DNA from: a virus
Taxonomy: Duplodnaviria; Caudoviricetes
Length of the DNA: 53,993 bases
Virus record (IMG/VR): IMGVR_UViG_3300049927_000029
Coordinates: 1-53,993 of that record
Reading direction: 5' to 3' (one strand)
Shown here: in pieces, positions 44,538 through 53,993 of the stretch
How positions within the stretch are numbered: position 1 is the stretch's first letter
Layout: every line of letters begins with the position of its first letter
Made by a program: the position numbers and the translations under genes
The notes under the pieces: generated by a model
The model's database searches: none
What the model saw: the letters and a program-made list of their open reading frames with translations, nothing else
Told to the model about the DNA's origin: nothing

Positions 44538-45364
44538 GGGCGCTCCTCCCAGGCGAGGCGGTAAACGTACTGCGCAGCATCATTGACCGTCAGGCCCCCC
44601 GCCAAGGTCGATAGGCGTCCGTGGAATACCGCAGCAGGCAACCCCCTCTCGCTGAATTCTTGGCCGACGTTACTGGCAGTGTTGTTCTGCGCAGCAGCTC
44701 GAACTTGCATAAAATCTACCCGTGTGCCCCCGGTAAAATTACCGCCGGTCTCTATAGTGATTTGCGATACGTAAGTCGGAAGCGGAGCTTCGCTCATACG
44801 GTTAAGCCCGAGGATGGGAACCGCCGTCCATGATCCGGAAGACGTAGCCCCTGTGTAAACCTCGAGCTGTAACGCTCCTTGAGTCAGTTCCAAGGTTTGT
44901 GTCCACAGGATGAAGTTTATCGGCGCGGTAAATCGAAACTGTACCGTCGGTCCCGCGACAGGAATTACGCCGTTGAAGAAAGAACGGAACATCCGACCTT
45001 CAAAGAAGCCGGTTTGCCCCGGATCAACACGCAGGCGTGGCTTTGAGGTTCCCGTAACCAAATTGGCTGGATGTGTGATCGCTACAGGCTGAGAAACGTC
45101 AACCTGGAGACGGTTCGCTATAACCATCGCGGCCGGCAATACGACGTCGATCGGATCGTCCACTTCGACCTTAAGCCTGTCGGAAGTCACCATAGCAGCA
45201 GGAAGCGTCACTGCCACCGGCTCGTCGAGTTCCACTTTGAGGCGATCGCCGGCCAGCATATCCGGAGGCGGCGCCGCGACAATGCGCTCTGAGAACGTGC
45301 CGTCGCCCATGTCGATGATACGTCGGAGAAAACCGCCGAATGCTCGTGTAAATCTGTCTGCCAT
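44534..45364 (-). CDS. hypothetical (possibly virion) protein
   Basis: between connector and closure genes; three DRLKVE..PV repeats. Confidence 0.65.
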   Translation of the reverse strand: MADRFTRAFGGFLRRIIDMGDGTFSERIVAAPPPDMLAGDRLKVELDEPVAVTLPAAMVTSDRLKVEVDDPIDVVLPAAMVIANRLQVDVSQPVAITHPANLVTGTSKPRLRVDPGQTGFFEGRMFRSFFNGVIPVAGPTVQFRFTAPINFILWTQTLELTQGALQLEVYTGATSSGSWTAVPILGLNRMSEAPLPTYVSQITIETGGNFTGGTRVDFMQVRAAAQNNTASNVGQEFSERGLPAAVFHGRLSTLAGGLTVNDAAQYVYRLAWEERP

Positions 45365-45370
45365 GACAAC

Positions 45371-45745
45371 TTACCTCAGTGCTGGATCACGAAGCGCATA
45401 GAGCAGCGCGGTAACAGGTTTTGGGAGGTAGCCCATGTCATAGGCGCCGTCTGCGTTCTCGTCACGGTCTTTGTACAGGAAGCCAAGCTGCAGCAGCGTG
45501 GCCGCTTGCACAGCGTATTTCACCTGCTTATCGCCGGAGCTGTCGACGACGTAAGTCGGATCGCCCGAACTGTCTAGGATCGGGTCGTCGTTGCTGTCAC
45601 GCTCGACCTCATACGGCGAAGCGCTCTTGAGATAGTTCTTCACCGCTTCGGACGCAGCGCCAATGTACGCTTCGATCAATACGTCATCCTGATCGTGATC
45701 CATGTTCAGGTGTCGCTTAGCACGGTCAAGCGTGACATACATCAT
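45371..45745 (-). CDS. head-tail connector (HK97 gp6-like)
   Basis: VTLDRAKRHL..DDVLI..LYKDRD. Confidence 0.85.
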   Translation of the reverse strand: MMYVTLDRAKRHLNMDHDQDDVLIEAYIGAASEAVKNYLKSASPYEVERDSNDDPILDSSGDPTYVVDSSGDKQVKYAVQAATLLQLGFLYKDRDENADGAYDMGYLPKPVTALLYALRDPALR

Positions 45746-46782
45746 TTTAACGACACTCCTTTCGCCGGGTCGAAGGTGCTCGCGTTCTCGCGGAGGTCTT
45801 TGCCATTACGCCCTGCTTTAACTGTTAGCTGCCACGCGTCGCTGGAGCCCGGCTTGTCGGTGTTCTCGGCTTTGGTCGAAGTCCACTGGCTACCCGCCCA
45901 GGTGACGTTGTCGTGGGCGTCGTAGGCTTGCTCTTCACGGAACACGCCTTTGTAGATCTGAATCGGCATCGCAAACTTCTGCGCGACTTCCTGGCCGCTG
46001 GACTTCATCAGCTTAATCGAGAACTCTCGGTCGCCGTCCTGCGTGATGCTCACGCCGTCGATACCATCCACGATGCATTCCCATCCGCGCATGCCGTGGG
46101 TGCGCTCGTACGACTTCCACAGGCCGCCACGGTGCGCAGCGTAAGTGCCGCGTGGATACTGCTTCGCTTCCTCGATCGCCGGCAGGATCTCTACGTCGAT
46201 CGCGTCGCGCCCGTCTTCAGCCTGGCGCACTTCAGGAACGACGATCAGATCGGCAGCAGATCGCGCCAAGGCTTGAAGGTCGACCGGATCGGCGTCTTTG
46301 CCTGGAATCGGTTCAGGAACGTCGACAAGCTTCGCCGCTTCCGCAGCAAGCAAAGCGATATCGATAGTAGGCAACTGGACGAACTCCGCTGCAGCCTTCG
46401 CCAGCGCTTCCAGGTCGACCGGATCCGCGTCTTTGCCGTCCTTCACTTCAGGAACTACGACAAGCTTGGCGATCGCTTCTAAGTCCGGCTCCACTGGTTC
46501 CGGAAGTTGCACTAGATCCGCCGCCGCCTTAGCCAGGGCGTCTAGGTCTACTTGATCCGCGTCTTTTCCGTCCTTCACTTCAGGCAGAACAACGAGCGCC
46601 GCGGCGGACTGTGCCAAGGCTTCCAAATCGACAGGATCATGTTGTACTGGCATAGGTCGATCGGCTAAACACTTGCGCAGGTCGGTCAGTTCGAGGTTCA
46701 GCGGTGCAACAGCCTTCGCCACCGCTGCGGCGATAACCGGCGCGAGGAATTCGGCTTGCGCTTCAAGTTCACGCAGGTTCAT
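45742..46782 (-). CDS. repeat-containing head-associated protein
   Basis: DPVDLEALAKAAA..PEVKDGKDA repeats; YKGVF..VTWAGSQW..GRNGKD. Confidence 0.7.
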   Translation of the reverse strand: MNLRELEAQAEFLAPVIAAAVAKAVAPLNLELTDLRKCLADRPMPVQHDPVDLEALAQSAAALVVLPEVKDGKDADQVDLDALAKAAADLVQLPEPVEPDLEAIAKLVVVPEVKDGKDADPVDLEALAKAAAEFVQLPTIDIALLAAEAAKLVDVPEPIPGKDADPVDLQALARSAADLIVVPEVRQAEDGRDAIDVEILPAIEEAKQYPRGTYAAHRGGLWKSYERTHGMRGWECIVDGIDGVSITQDGDREFSIKLMKSSGQEVAQKFAMPIQIYKGVFREEQAYDAHDNVTWAGSQWTSTKAENTDKPGSSDAWQLTVKAGRNGKDLRENASTFDPAKGVSLK

Positions 46783-48145
46783 TAGCGAGCCTCTTTTCGA
46801 TCAGCAGAGCGAGCATTTTCGCGCTGTCTTGGATTTGTTCGTCGGTTGGTTCTGGCGGTGCGGCCGGCGGACTTGTTTGAGTGGCGGGCTGCGCCGTGCC
46901 GAAGGGGTCTGCGGAGGCGTCCCGTTTTGCCAGGGCGGCCAGGGAATAGTTCTGCTGCTGGATCATCGGGGAAGCGCCGCCTTCTACCGGAGCCATGTTG
47001 AGGCGCTTCCGGGCTTCGTCTGGGGCCATAATGCCCGCTCCCACGGCTACCTTAAGGGTTTCGACCAGGGAGCCGAGGTCCATCCGCAGGAGGCCGTCGA
47101 GGTCAAGCTCTACGCCGTATCGATCGGGCAGTGCTAAACCGTCATCCATGCAAGCTTCGAACTCTTCGATCAGGCTTTGCAAGCAGTCTGAGTAATAGAT
47201 CTGATTAAGGTCTGCTACTTTTTGGCCGGCCGGTTGCTGACCTACACCAACTTTGAAGCCCGGTACGTGGAACGCTGTGCAGATCATTTCAGCAGTCAGC
47301 TTGAACTGCTCGATCAACTGGGAGTCGGTCGCGCTCATGCGCATCTGCTGAAACTTCAGATCGTCACCGACCACGGCCACTTTGCCCGCGTTCGTGCCGG
47401 TGTAGTTCGCGTCCCAGTGTGCTTTAAGCCGTGCCGCTGTCTCATCGCTGATCGCGCCGGGGGCTGACAGGATGCCGCCAGGGCGCGCGCCGTTCTCGAA
47501 GAATGTCGAGCTATCGTTCTGCATTTTCAACGACTGGCATGCTGCTAAGGCGCACGCGTACAGAGGAGAGATGCCGACCAGGGGGTGGAACAGGCAATTC
47601 ATTCGGTCGTGGATCATCTCGGATGCAGGGACCGTTACGCCTTCGCTGCCTAGTTCGTTGAGGTCATCGCCGTTGCACTGGTAGTACACGTCGCCATTGT
47701 CAGCCACCAGAACAGTTACGCGGCACGGGTCGAGCAAATAGATAGACGTCACGACGCCGCGCTGATCGCGCTGCTTCAGGCCGTAGGCGTTGCCGTGGGT
47801 AAGCTTGGAGGTCTGCCACCATTGCTTGAACTGGATATGGTTCTGGTAGTTGTTTGGCTTTTTCAGCACAGGGCTAAACGCAGGGCTCGCCGTCTCCGTC
47901 CAAATACCGTTCGCGTCCAGTTGCATCAAGCGCGGACGCAACTTGCCGATGTCGTTAGCAATCAAGGTGACGCACGCGTATACGGCGTAATGCGCCAACA
48001 CGGTAGGAGCACGCCACTCATCGTTCTTTTGCCAGGCGCCAGTGTAGGGCTCCCGAATCCACGGATACCATCCACCGGAGCTACTGCTACTGACGGCAGA
48101 GGCTGGCGCTCGTTTGAATGTCAGCTCTCGGCCGAAGATACGCAT
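46769..48145 (-). CDS. portal protein (HK97 family)
   Basis: VYACVTLIA..GNAY..GISP..FFENGARPGG..FHVP..EARKRLN. Confidence 0.92.
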   Translation of the reverse strand: MRIFGRELTFKRAPASAVSSSSSGGWYPWIREPYTGAWQKNDEWRAPTVLAHYAVYACVTLIANDIGKLRPRLMQLDANGIWTETASPAFSPVLKKPNNYQNHIQFKQWWQTSKLTHGNAYGLKQRDQRGVVTSIYLLDPCRVTVLVADNGDVYYQCNGDDLNELGSEGVTVPASEMIHDRMNCLFHPLVGISPLYACALAACQSLKMQNDSSTFFENGARPGGILSAPGAISDETAARLKAHWDANYTGTNAGKVAVVGDDLKFQQMRMSATDSQLIEQFKLTAEMICTAFHVPGFKVGVGQQPAGQKVADLNQIYYSDCLQSLIEEFEACMDDGLALPDRYGVELDLDGLLRMDLGSLVETLKVAVGAGIMAPDEARKRLNMAPVEGGASPMIQQQNYSLAALAKRDASADPFGTAQPATQTSPPAAPPEPTDEQIQDSAKMLALLIEKRLANEPA

Positions 48146-48441
48146 TAGGCGAGATCCTGATCCGCGATTACCGCTTCTATATCAGACTTCTTGATTCGGC
48201 CATCTTTGCCGGTGCCGACGACTTTATCCAGGTCGACGCCGTGTTCCTTGGCAAACTCGGCCACTGCTTCAGAGGCACGCGGTTCATCGGCTACCGGAGG
48301 CGGGCCGGCGGACAACATGCGGGTGTTGTAGCCGTCATCGGCGTATGTGCCGTGGCCCAGCTTGCGAAGAGTCTCCGCGTAGCGGCGGGCCATCATGACC
48401 TTTTTGCCGCCCTTGCCATAAATAAATTCAACTTTAGACAT
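48145..48441 (-). CDS. protein with C-terminal E3-binding (PSBD-like) domain
   Basis: ASEAVAEFAKEHGVDLDKVVGTGKDGRIKKSDI. Confidence 0.7.
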   Translation of the reverse strand: MSKVEFIYGKGGKKVMMARRYAETLRKLGHGTYADDGYNTRMLSAGPPPVADEPRASEAVAEFAKEHGVDLDKVVGTGKDGRIKKSDIEAVIADQDLA

Positions 48442-48484
48442 AATCAGTCTTCCGTAAAGAATCGGATTCGCCGCAGTATAGCGT

Positions 48485-49657
48485 TTAGGTAGCGGACTGT
48501 GATAGTGCTTTGAGTTCGAGGTTGCGTTTCTTGGCATAGGCCGCGCGCTTTGCTTTCTTCGCCAATATTTCTGCCTGAATTTGCGCGGGCGTCATAGAGG
48601 CCAGTTTCTCCGCTTTCTTTCGCGCGTGATATGCTTTCATTTTTAAGCCTTGAGCCGCCCGGACTTCGGGGGTCATGGCGGCCGCAATCTTTTCCCTACG
48701 CGCTTCAAGGCCGACAGCTTGCGCAGCACGATGCTCGTCCGTCCATCGTGCTGCGTGCATCTTGGCTTTAGCCTCTGGATCTCGCCAGCGGCCTTTCAAT
48801 CGCTCTGCCTGATCGGCTTTGAATTCGTCCGATTGTACACACTGGTGCAAACCGCCGCCTTCATAGTTCGCCCTCGCCGCCGCAGCCTTCTTAACCTTAA
48901 CTTCGGGTCGCTCTTTTATCTCAGCTAGAGCCGCAAGGTTCTTTTCGCGGTACTCGGGCGTAGCCTGAACCTTCGCCAAGCTTTGGCGGCGTTTGGCTTT
49001 AGCTTCCGGGGTCTGCGACGCGGCTTTCAACGGTGCAAACACTTCAGGATTCGTACGGTGTAATTCTCTCATCCTCTTCGCATGGGCTTCCCCAAAAGCC
49101 GGATCATCGTAGCGGCGTGAAGACGCAGCCTTGCGGCGCTCTACAGCGTCAGGATGTCGCATCCCGGCGAGAAAGCTAGCGCGAGTTTTAGGGTTTGTCC
49201 AAGCACCTTTAATCTTCAACGAGAGCGCTTCGCGGAACTCGGGAGAACTTCTAACTTCACGCATAACCGCGCTTATACGCTCCTTATAGCCGAGGGCCGC
49301 TTTAGTGATCTTGGCTGCGGCTACACGCTTAGCGATAGCTTCTGGGCTAACGTCAAAGAAACCGTCGCCACCGCCTGTGGAATTTGTAAGCCGGTGCCCC
49401 TCAGCCTTGAATTCCGCGATCAGTCGAATTTCGTATGGCTCCCAGGGTTCGCCTTCCGGCACTTCGAAGACTATTTCTATCGCGGGCTTTTCGCCAACGT
49501 TAATCAACGAACGGATCCAGTTCGCAGCATGGTGCTTCGTTTGGTTGGTCTTAGCTTTGCTTATGTGCGCCGCCAGTCTTGCTTCCGGGTTGGTGGTTTT
49601 CCCGATGTATCGAATTTCACCTTGCGGGCAGAGTAGGGCGTAAATGTAATCGGTCAT
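48485..49657 (-). CDS. GIY-YIG homing endonuclease with long helical repeat tail
   Basis: YIYAL..RYIGKT..R..H..E..LTN..GGDG. Confidence 0.8.
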   Translation of the reverse strand: MTDYIYALLCPQGEIRYIGKTTNPEARLAAHISKAKTNQTKHHAANWIRSLINVGEKPAIEIVFEVPEGEPWEPYEIRLIAEFKAEGHRLTNSTGGGDGFFDVSPEAIAKRVAAAKITKAALGYKERISAVMREVRSSPEFREALSLKIKGAWTNPKTRASFLAGMRHPDAVERRKAASSRRYDDPAFGEAHAKRMRELHRTNPEVFAPLKAASQTPEAKAKRRQSLAKVQATPEYREKNLAALAEIKERPEVKVKKAAAARANYEGGGLHQCVQSDEFKADQAERLKGRWRDPEAKAKMHAARWTDEHRAAQAVGLEARREKIAAAMTPEVRAAQGLKMKAYHARKKAEKLASMTPAQIQAEILAKKAKRAAYAKKRNLELKALSQSAT

Positions 49658-49676
49658 AGTTTCCGGTCCCGTAGAA

Positions 49677-49714
49677 AACAAAAAGCCGGTAGAGGATCGC
49701 CCCCTACCGGCTTT
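49677..49714 (-). terminator. rho-independent terminator after the capsid gene
   Basis: AAAGCCGGTAG/CTACCGGCTTT stem with T-rich tail on the - strand. Confidence 0.75.
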
Positions 49715-49750
49715 GAGTGTATCAGACTAACCGCGTCTGTCTACGGGTTT

Positions 49751-51721
49751 TTAAACCCCCCACAGGACCCCACTCAACCATGCAACTGCCGAAGGGCGGC
49801 GGCGGGCAAAGTTGAGACTCAATTCTGCCCTAAAACCTACGAGGTTGCGCTGCCACAAACTGACGAGCACGGTGCTTGCGGTGGTTGGGTTATCCGGCGC
49901 GCTATCCATTTGCAGGGAAGCTTCGGTCGACATAGAAACATCGAGGCCGCCTTCATCTGCGTAGTAGATATCGCTGGCGTTGATCAAAGCTACGATCGAG
50001 CCGCTGGAATCGGTGGGAACATATTCTGTGGTCAGCACAGGAAGCCCGCCGAATACCCCACCGTTCATGGTGATGCCCGGAAATTCAACCTGGCCCAGAG
50101 GGTTTACCATCATGCTCAAAGCGAGCGCGGTGGTAGAAGACATTACCCACACACCGGAGGTTGGCGCGTTGTTGGCCGCGATGAACGAGGCGAACAGCGC
50201 ACGCATATCCGTGCGAACGTCGTCAGCGGTAGTGCCCGAACTTGGAATGGCCGAGACGCCATTAAGAATGCCGGCCGGCGAGATCCCTGCTACTGCGGTT
50301 TTGGTTGGAGAGATGAAGTCGATGTCAAGACGTTCGCGCAGAGCAGCTACCAGTTGATCCCGGATGATGCCATCCGCCGAAGGGCTGGAGTCGCGAATCA
50401 CTTCCATGGTTGCTACGGCGATGTTTGCCAGCTTCAGCGGTTCCAGGGTGGTACGCGAAAAATCAAACTTCGTCAATGGCTTAGCTTGCGACTCGCCGAC
50501 CCAGTAACCATCGCCGCCAGATGTCTGACCAATGAGGGCAGTCCGAAAAGGTACGCGACGCAGACCGGGGATGCCGTTAGTGCCGAAGCGGCCAACGAGC
50601 GTCTGGGGGCGCAAAAACTCCAAAAAGTCTGCGTATGCAGTGCTTTCCTGGCCTACTAGGGGTTTCGCCCACGTTGCATCGGTAGTTGTTGCGGCGGCTA
50701 CGGCGGCCTTAGTAACGAGGCGCTCGGTAGCATTGACAATAACTTCTTGATCGCCGTACAGCGCTTTCGCAATCTGCACCGCGTCACGGTGTTCCAAATG
50801 ACCGATAGCGAGACACTTGGCGGCGCGAGCAAACGCGATGCCGGGTTCCAGCTTCTGGGTATTCTTGGCTACGACGTGCACGCCCTTGCTACGATCCTGC
50901 ATACCCGAAACGTCGGTCACCGGCTTGGCGGTAGCGATAGCGGCTTTCTGCATAGCTTCCAGGCGACCGATGTGAACTTCGGTGGCTTTGATTTCGTCGA
51001 CCAGGGTGTCGAACTCTTCCGACTCTGCGCCGTCCAAGGTGCGGCCTTCCGCGCTGGTCATCAGCTCGGTTTGTCGCGCGGCCTTCTGTTCCAGTGCTGC
51101 TTGGAACGATTTGATTTGCTCAGCGATGTTCATATCTTGGCCCTCCTCGGGCTTCGGAGTAACGGGTAGTTTTTTCGTAACGGTTGCCGAAGCGCCGGCG
51201 GGTTTGGCGAGCCGAACGACTGGGACTTCCTTTTTGCCGAACGCGGCAGGTAGACCCACGTCGAAACTTTTCACCGTGTTAATCGTTGCGTTTGCCTGCG
51301 CCGGAATTGTGACGGCGCTAAGCTCAAAAACTTCAGTTTGCATGTAGCGGGTGCCCCAAGTGCCGGCGATGTTCTCCGACTCCAAGGAGCGAAAACCGAT
51401 CGATACCGCACGAACCAGGCCTGCTTTAATCGACTGCCAAGCCTCTTCGATACGGTCTTGCAGCGCGCCAGGCTCTTCGATACGCGGCAGCGTTGCAGTA
51501 AATGGTACGCCCTTCGCCGTAGGCTTGCCGAACTCTACCAGGCCAATCGGCTTGTCGTGTTCATGCTGCCACAGGAGCGGCAAAGGGTTTTTGTACTTGA
51601 CCCCGAGCGGCTCTACAACGTCGCCCACGCGATCGACTTCCGGGGTAGTCGCCCAGCCGGTAATCGTTCGAGTTTCCTCGCCGACCGCCTTAACCTCAAG
51701 AAAACTGTAGGCTCTGTTCAT
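49751..51721 (-). CDS. prohead protease-major capsid fusion (HK97 fold)
   Basis: PLLWQH..VSIGF..ELSAVTIPA protease, then capsid domain; internal SD and ATG at 51133. Confidence 0.9.
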   Translation of the reverse strand: MNRAYSFLEVKAVGEETRTITGWATTPEVDRVGDVVEPLGVKYKNPLPLLWQHEHDKPIGLVEFGKPTAKGVPFTATLPRIEEPGALQDRIEEAWQSIKAGLVRAVSIGFRSLESENIAGTWGTRYMQTEVFELSAVTIPAQANATINTVKSFDVGLPAAFGKKEVPVVRLAKPAGASATVTKKLPVTPKPEEGQDMNIAEQIKSFQAALEQKAARQTELMTSAEGRTLDGAESEEFDTLVDEIKATEVHIGRLEAMQKAAIATAKPVTDVSGMQDRSKGVHVVAKNTQKLEPGIAFARAAKCLAIGHLEHRDAVQIAKALYGDQEVIVNATERLVTKAAVAAATTTDATWAKPLVGQESTAYADFLEFLRPQTLVGRFGTNGIPGLRRVPFRTALIGQTSGGDGYWVGESQAKPLTKFDFSRTTLEPLKLANIAVATMEVIRDSSPSADGIIRDQLVAALRERLDIDFISPTKTAVAGISPAGILNGVSAIPSSGTTADDVRTDMRALFASFIAANNAPTSGVWVMSSTTALALSMMVNPLGQVEFPGITMNGGVFGGLPVLTTEYVPTDSSGSIVALINASDIYYADEGGLDVSMSTEASLQMDSAPDNPTTASTVLVSLWQRNLVGFRAELSLNFARRRPSAVAWLSGVLWGV

Positions 51722-51753
51722 GTATACAGCTCCGGTAAATTACGCGCACCTTA

Positions 51754-53427
51754 TCACCCGAGGAACATCATCGCAAATTTCTTGTGCGCTGCCGGCGGGT
51801 TAAGCGCCATCAGCGACACGGCGTTGAACAATGCCATTACCGGGTCAATCTTCGCCGAACCGGAAGCCTGTTTGGTGATCAGGATCGAGTTCGCACGCGG
51901 CTCAACGCGGCAGTTTGAGACGCACCACGACATCAAAGGCTGCTCGGCATGCTTGAGCTTCCCTTCAGCCAGTCGTCGTTCAGTGGTCTTGATCGCGCCT
52001 CCGAGTTTCCAACCTTGACTGATACCGACGATCTTGTCTTCCGGGATGGACCGTGCAACCAGTTCGTCGAAAATGGCGCCGATGCCTACCGGGTCGACGC
52101 CGATCTTATCGAGTAAGCCGGAATCGTAAACGCGCTCCACGATATCGCAGACTTCCGTTACGTCGTCACCGATGTGAGAAACCATCACCAGGTCGCCGGC
52201 ACGGGCAAAGTCTTCAAAGCGCGCCGCTTCCTGCAGGTTGCGTTTCATCGCCGAGGGGTGCGCCCAACCTTTGCACCACACCAGCCAATCGCCTGTGTCC
52301 TTTTCGCGCCCTACCAAGGAGAGGCCTAGAAGGTCGTCCAGGCCGCCGCCGTCGATCCCTACGTCGATCACTTCAGCGCGATCTAGCAAGGTGTCTAGCG
52401 TTACAGAGCGCTCCGACTGCGCTTGCCAATAATCGGCACCAGCCCATCGGTCTGTGCGCAGGGCCAGCCCGATTTCTACGTTCAGGTACTTGGCCAAGAC
52501 ATTCAGTGTTTCCGGTTCGCCAGTCTCCTGTGCCTGCTTCAGCTTTCTGGCTATGTATTCGACACTGGTCGATCGGCCAAGGTTCGGGTTCGAGATGTAG
52601 AAGTTCTCAGGATTCAGGTAATCCTTATTTTCGATCATCGCCTGTGGGTACTCATAGAGCACCGGGAGGAACTGAGGATCGTGGATCTCGCCGTCACGCA
52701 CTTTTCGGGCATACATCAGCTTTGAGCGGAAGACGCCGGCGGGTGGCTCGTCTGACTGCGTGGTCAAGTAGAGAATGAAACCCTCGGGTCGGGAGGCTAA
52801 TCCTCCGGTAGCTTCCAGGAGCATTCTCTCGGCGTTTGGATTCTTGCCGAATAGGTGAATCTCATCGATCAGCACCACAGCCGCTTTCTTACCGCCAACC
52901 GTGTTTGTGTCAGCAGCCACAACCTTCAACGTAGCGCCCGTCCCTAAATGCGTGATCGTCCGCAGGTGGTCCTGTACTTGCATCATGCTGTCTAGTTCGG
53001 GGTCGGTCTTCACCATATCCCTTGCAGGAGCGAAGGCGTTATCGGCAACTTCCTTGGTTGGCGCCAAGATGATGAACTCCGCGGACTGCCGCCAGTTCTG
53101 GATCAACACCGTAAGCATGATCGCAGCAGCAAAGGTGGATTTTGAATTCTTCTTGGCGATCAGCAGGAAATATTCCTTGATCAACTGCACGCCGTTATCT
53201 GGGTTGTACGCGCCGAAGATGGCGCCGGCTAAATCGTCCGTCCAGGGCTCGCAGGATTCCCCAATGGTCGGACTGCCGGGGGCATCTACGATCTTCAGCA
53301 GGTGCAGGACGCTAAGCGCGGCGGCGGCGGAATCAGGAAACAGCGGTTCGAAAGGGATCAGGCTTTCGCCTTTAATGATCCGATCTTCCCACGTCGGGCA
53401 GGCCGTCGACCAGGTTGGCGACCCCAT
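51754..53427 (-). CDS. terL: terminase large subunit
   Basis: IAKKNSKST, LIDEIH, GIDGGGLDD, KIDP. Confidence 0.92.
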   Translation of the reverse strand: MGSPTWSTACPTWEDRIIKGESLIPFEPLFPDSAAAALSVLHLLKIVDAPGSPTIGESCEPWTDDLAGAIFGAYNPDNGVQLIKEYFLLIAKKNSKSTFAAAIMLTVLIQNWRQSAEFIILAPTKEVADNAFAPARDMVKTDPELDSMMQVQDHLRTITHLGTGATLKVVAADTNTVGGKKAAVVLIDEIHLFGKNPNAERMLLEATGGLASRPEGFILYLTTQSDEPPAGVFRSKLMYARKVRDGEIHDPQFLPVLYEYPQAMIENKDYLNPENFYISNPNLGRSTSVEYIARKLKQAQETGEPETLNVLAKYLNVEIGLALRTDRWAGADYWQAQSERSVTLDTLLDRAEVIDVGIDGGGLDDLLGLSLVGREKDTGDWLVWCKGWAHPSAMKRNLQEAARFEDFARAGDLVMVSHIGDDVTEVCDIVERVYDSGLLDKIGVDPVGIGAIFDELVARSIPEDKIVGISQGWKLGGAIKTTERRLAEGKLKHAEQPLMSWCVSNCRVEPRANSILITKQASGSAKIDPVMALFNAVSLMALNPPAAHKKFAMMFLG

Positions 53428-53903
53428 TACTTAGGCACCGCTTTTAGCGCTGGCGCTGCTCGGGCGCCGAACTTATTACCCTCCGCGGCCGCTTGCTGTG
53501 CGCCTTCTGCTTTGGTCGCCTTCTTCCCTTTCTCGCCGATCTTCGAGTGCTCGAACGGGAGCAAAGCTTTAGCCGCTTCCAGGCGGGCTTTCACGCCGGC
53601 CTTCGGGCAGTTCATCAAGGCGGTAAGGAAAACCTTCGGATCTTCAGTTTCTGGGATTTCTATCGTCGCCAATTCGGCGGCTGCGTCTTCCTCGGAAGCC
53701 GATTCGGTAGAACCTGGTTTAGTCGGCTTTATGCCTGAGGTTGAAATACCTACCGCCGCCAGTGCGGCCACGATTGCGGGGTGTTTGCGCATACGAAAGC
53801 CGGCGGCCTTCGGTGACTTCAAACCCGCTGAAACAGCGGCCTGCTCAGGTTTTTCACCGCGCAGCGTGGCTTTGAAGAACAGCTCTTGGGTTTCGTTCAG
53901 CAT
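53427..53903 (-). CDS. terS: terminase small subunit
   Basis: N-terminal HTH; RLEAAKALLPFEH; coupled to terL. Confidence 0.8.
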   Translation of the reverse strand: MLNETQELFFKATLRGEKPEQAAVSAGLKSPKAAGFRMRKHPAIVAALAAVGISTSGIKPTKPGSTESASEEDAAAELATIEIPETEDPKVFLTALMNCPKAGVKARLEAAKALLPFEHSKIGEKGKKATKAEGAQQAAAEGNKFGARAAPALKAVPK

Positions 53904-53993
53904 GTGTTGTTACCTGCGTGTTACTCGTGTTCGGAGGGTAACACGGGGCACAAAGCCCTAGGGCAAAAATAATCTGTAAAAGGGGTCGGCGCG

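Noticed and set aside
34692-49678. CCCGTAGAAAA shared upstream of the tailspike and GIY-YIG genes
   Set aside because: Only two 11-bp copies, too weak to separate from chance.

Overview
This window is most likely a complete ~54-kb genome of an HK97-fold, long-tailed (siphovirus-type) phage, opened near cos. A Pseudomonas host is inferred from a close homolog of the Pseudomonas PHA depolymerase PhaZ. The + strand (about 4-27.5 kb) carries early, host-takeover and replication genes: a DUF2800 nuclease, SSB, a family A DNA polymerase, VRR-NUC and an SNF2-like helicase. The - strand carries packaging, head, tail and lysis genes plus a primase-helicase. I found no integrase or CI repressor. The most striking feature is a pair of related, apparently intact inteins, one in the polymerase and one in the helicase. 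Neither has an in-frame endonuclease domain. Each instead fully contains an HNH endonuclease gene overprinted in the +1 frame with its own ribosome-binding site, while the intein frame stays stop-free. Other notable features: the polymerase is broken into three ORFs with a DNA methyltransferase between two of them; an intact PhaZ; CsrA-, EF-Ts- and RMF-like translation modulators; an inverted SGNH tail-spike module flanked by 16-bp direct repeats; and a glycosyl/methyltransferase cassette in the head-tail region interrupted by a structured RNA and tRNA-Trp. All family assignments come from motif recognition by eye, not database searches.
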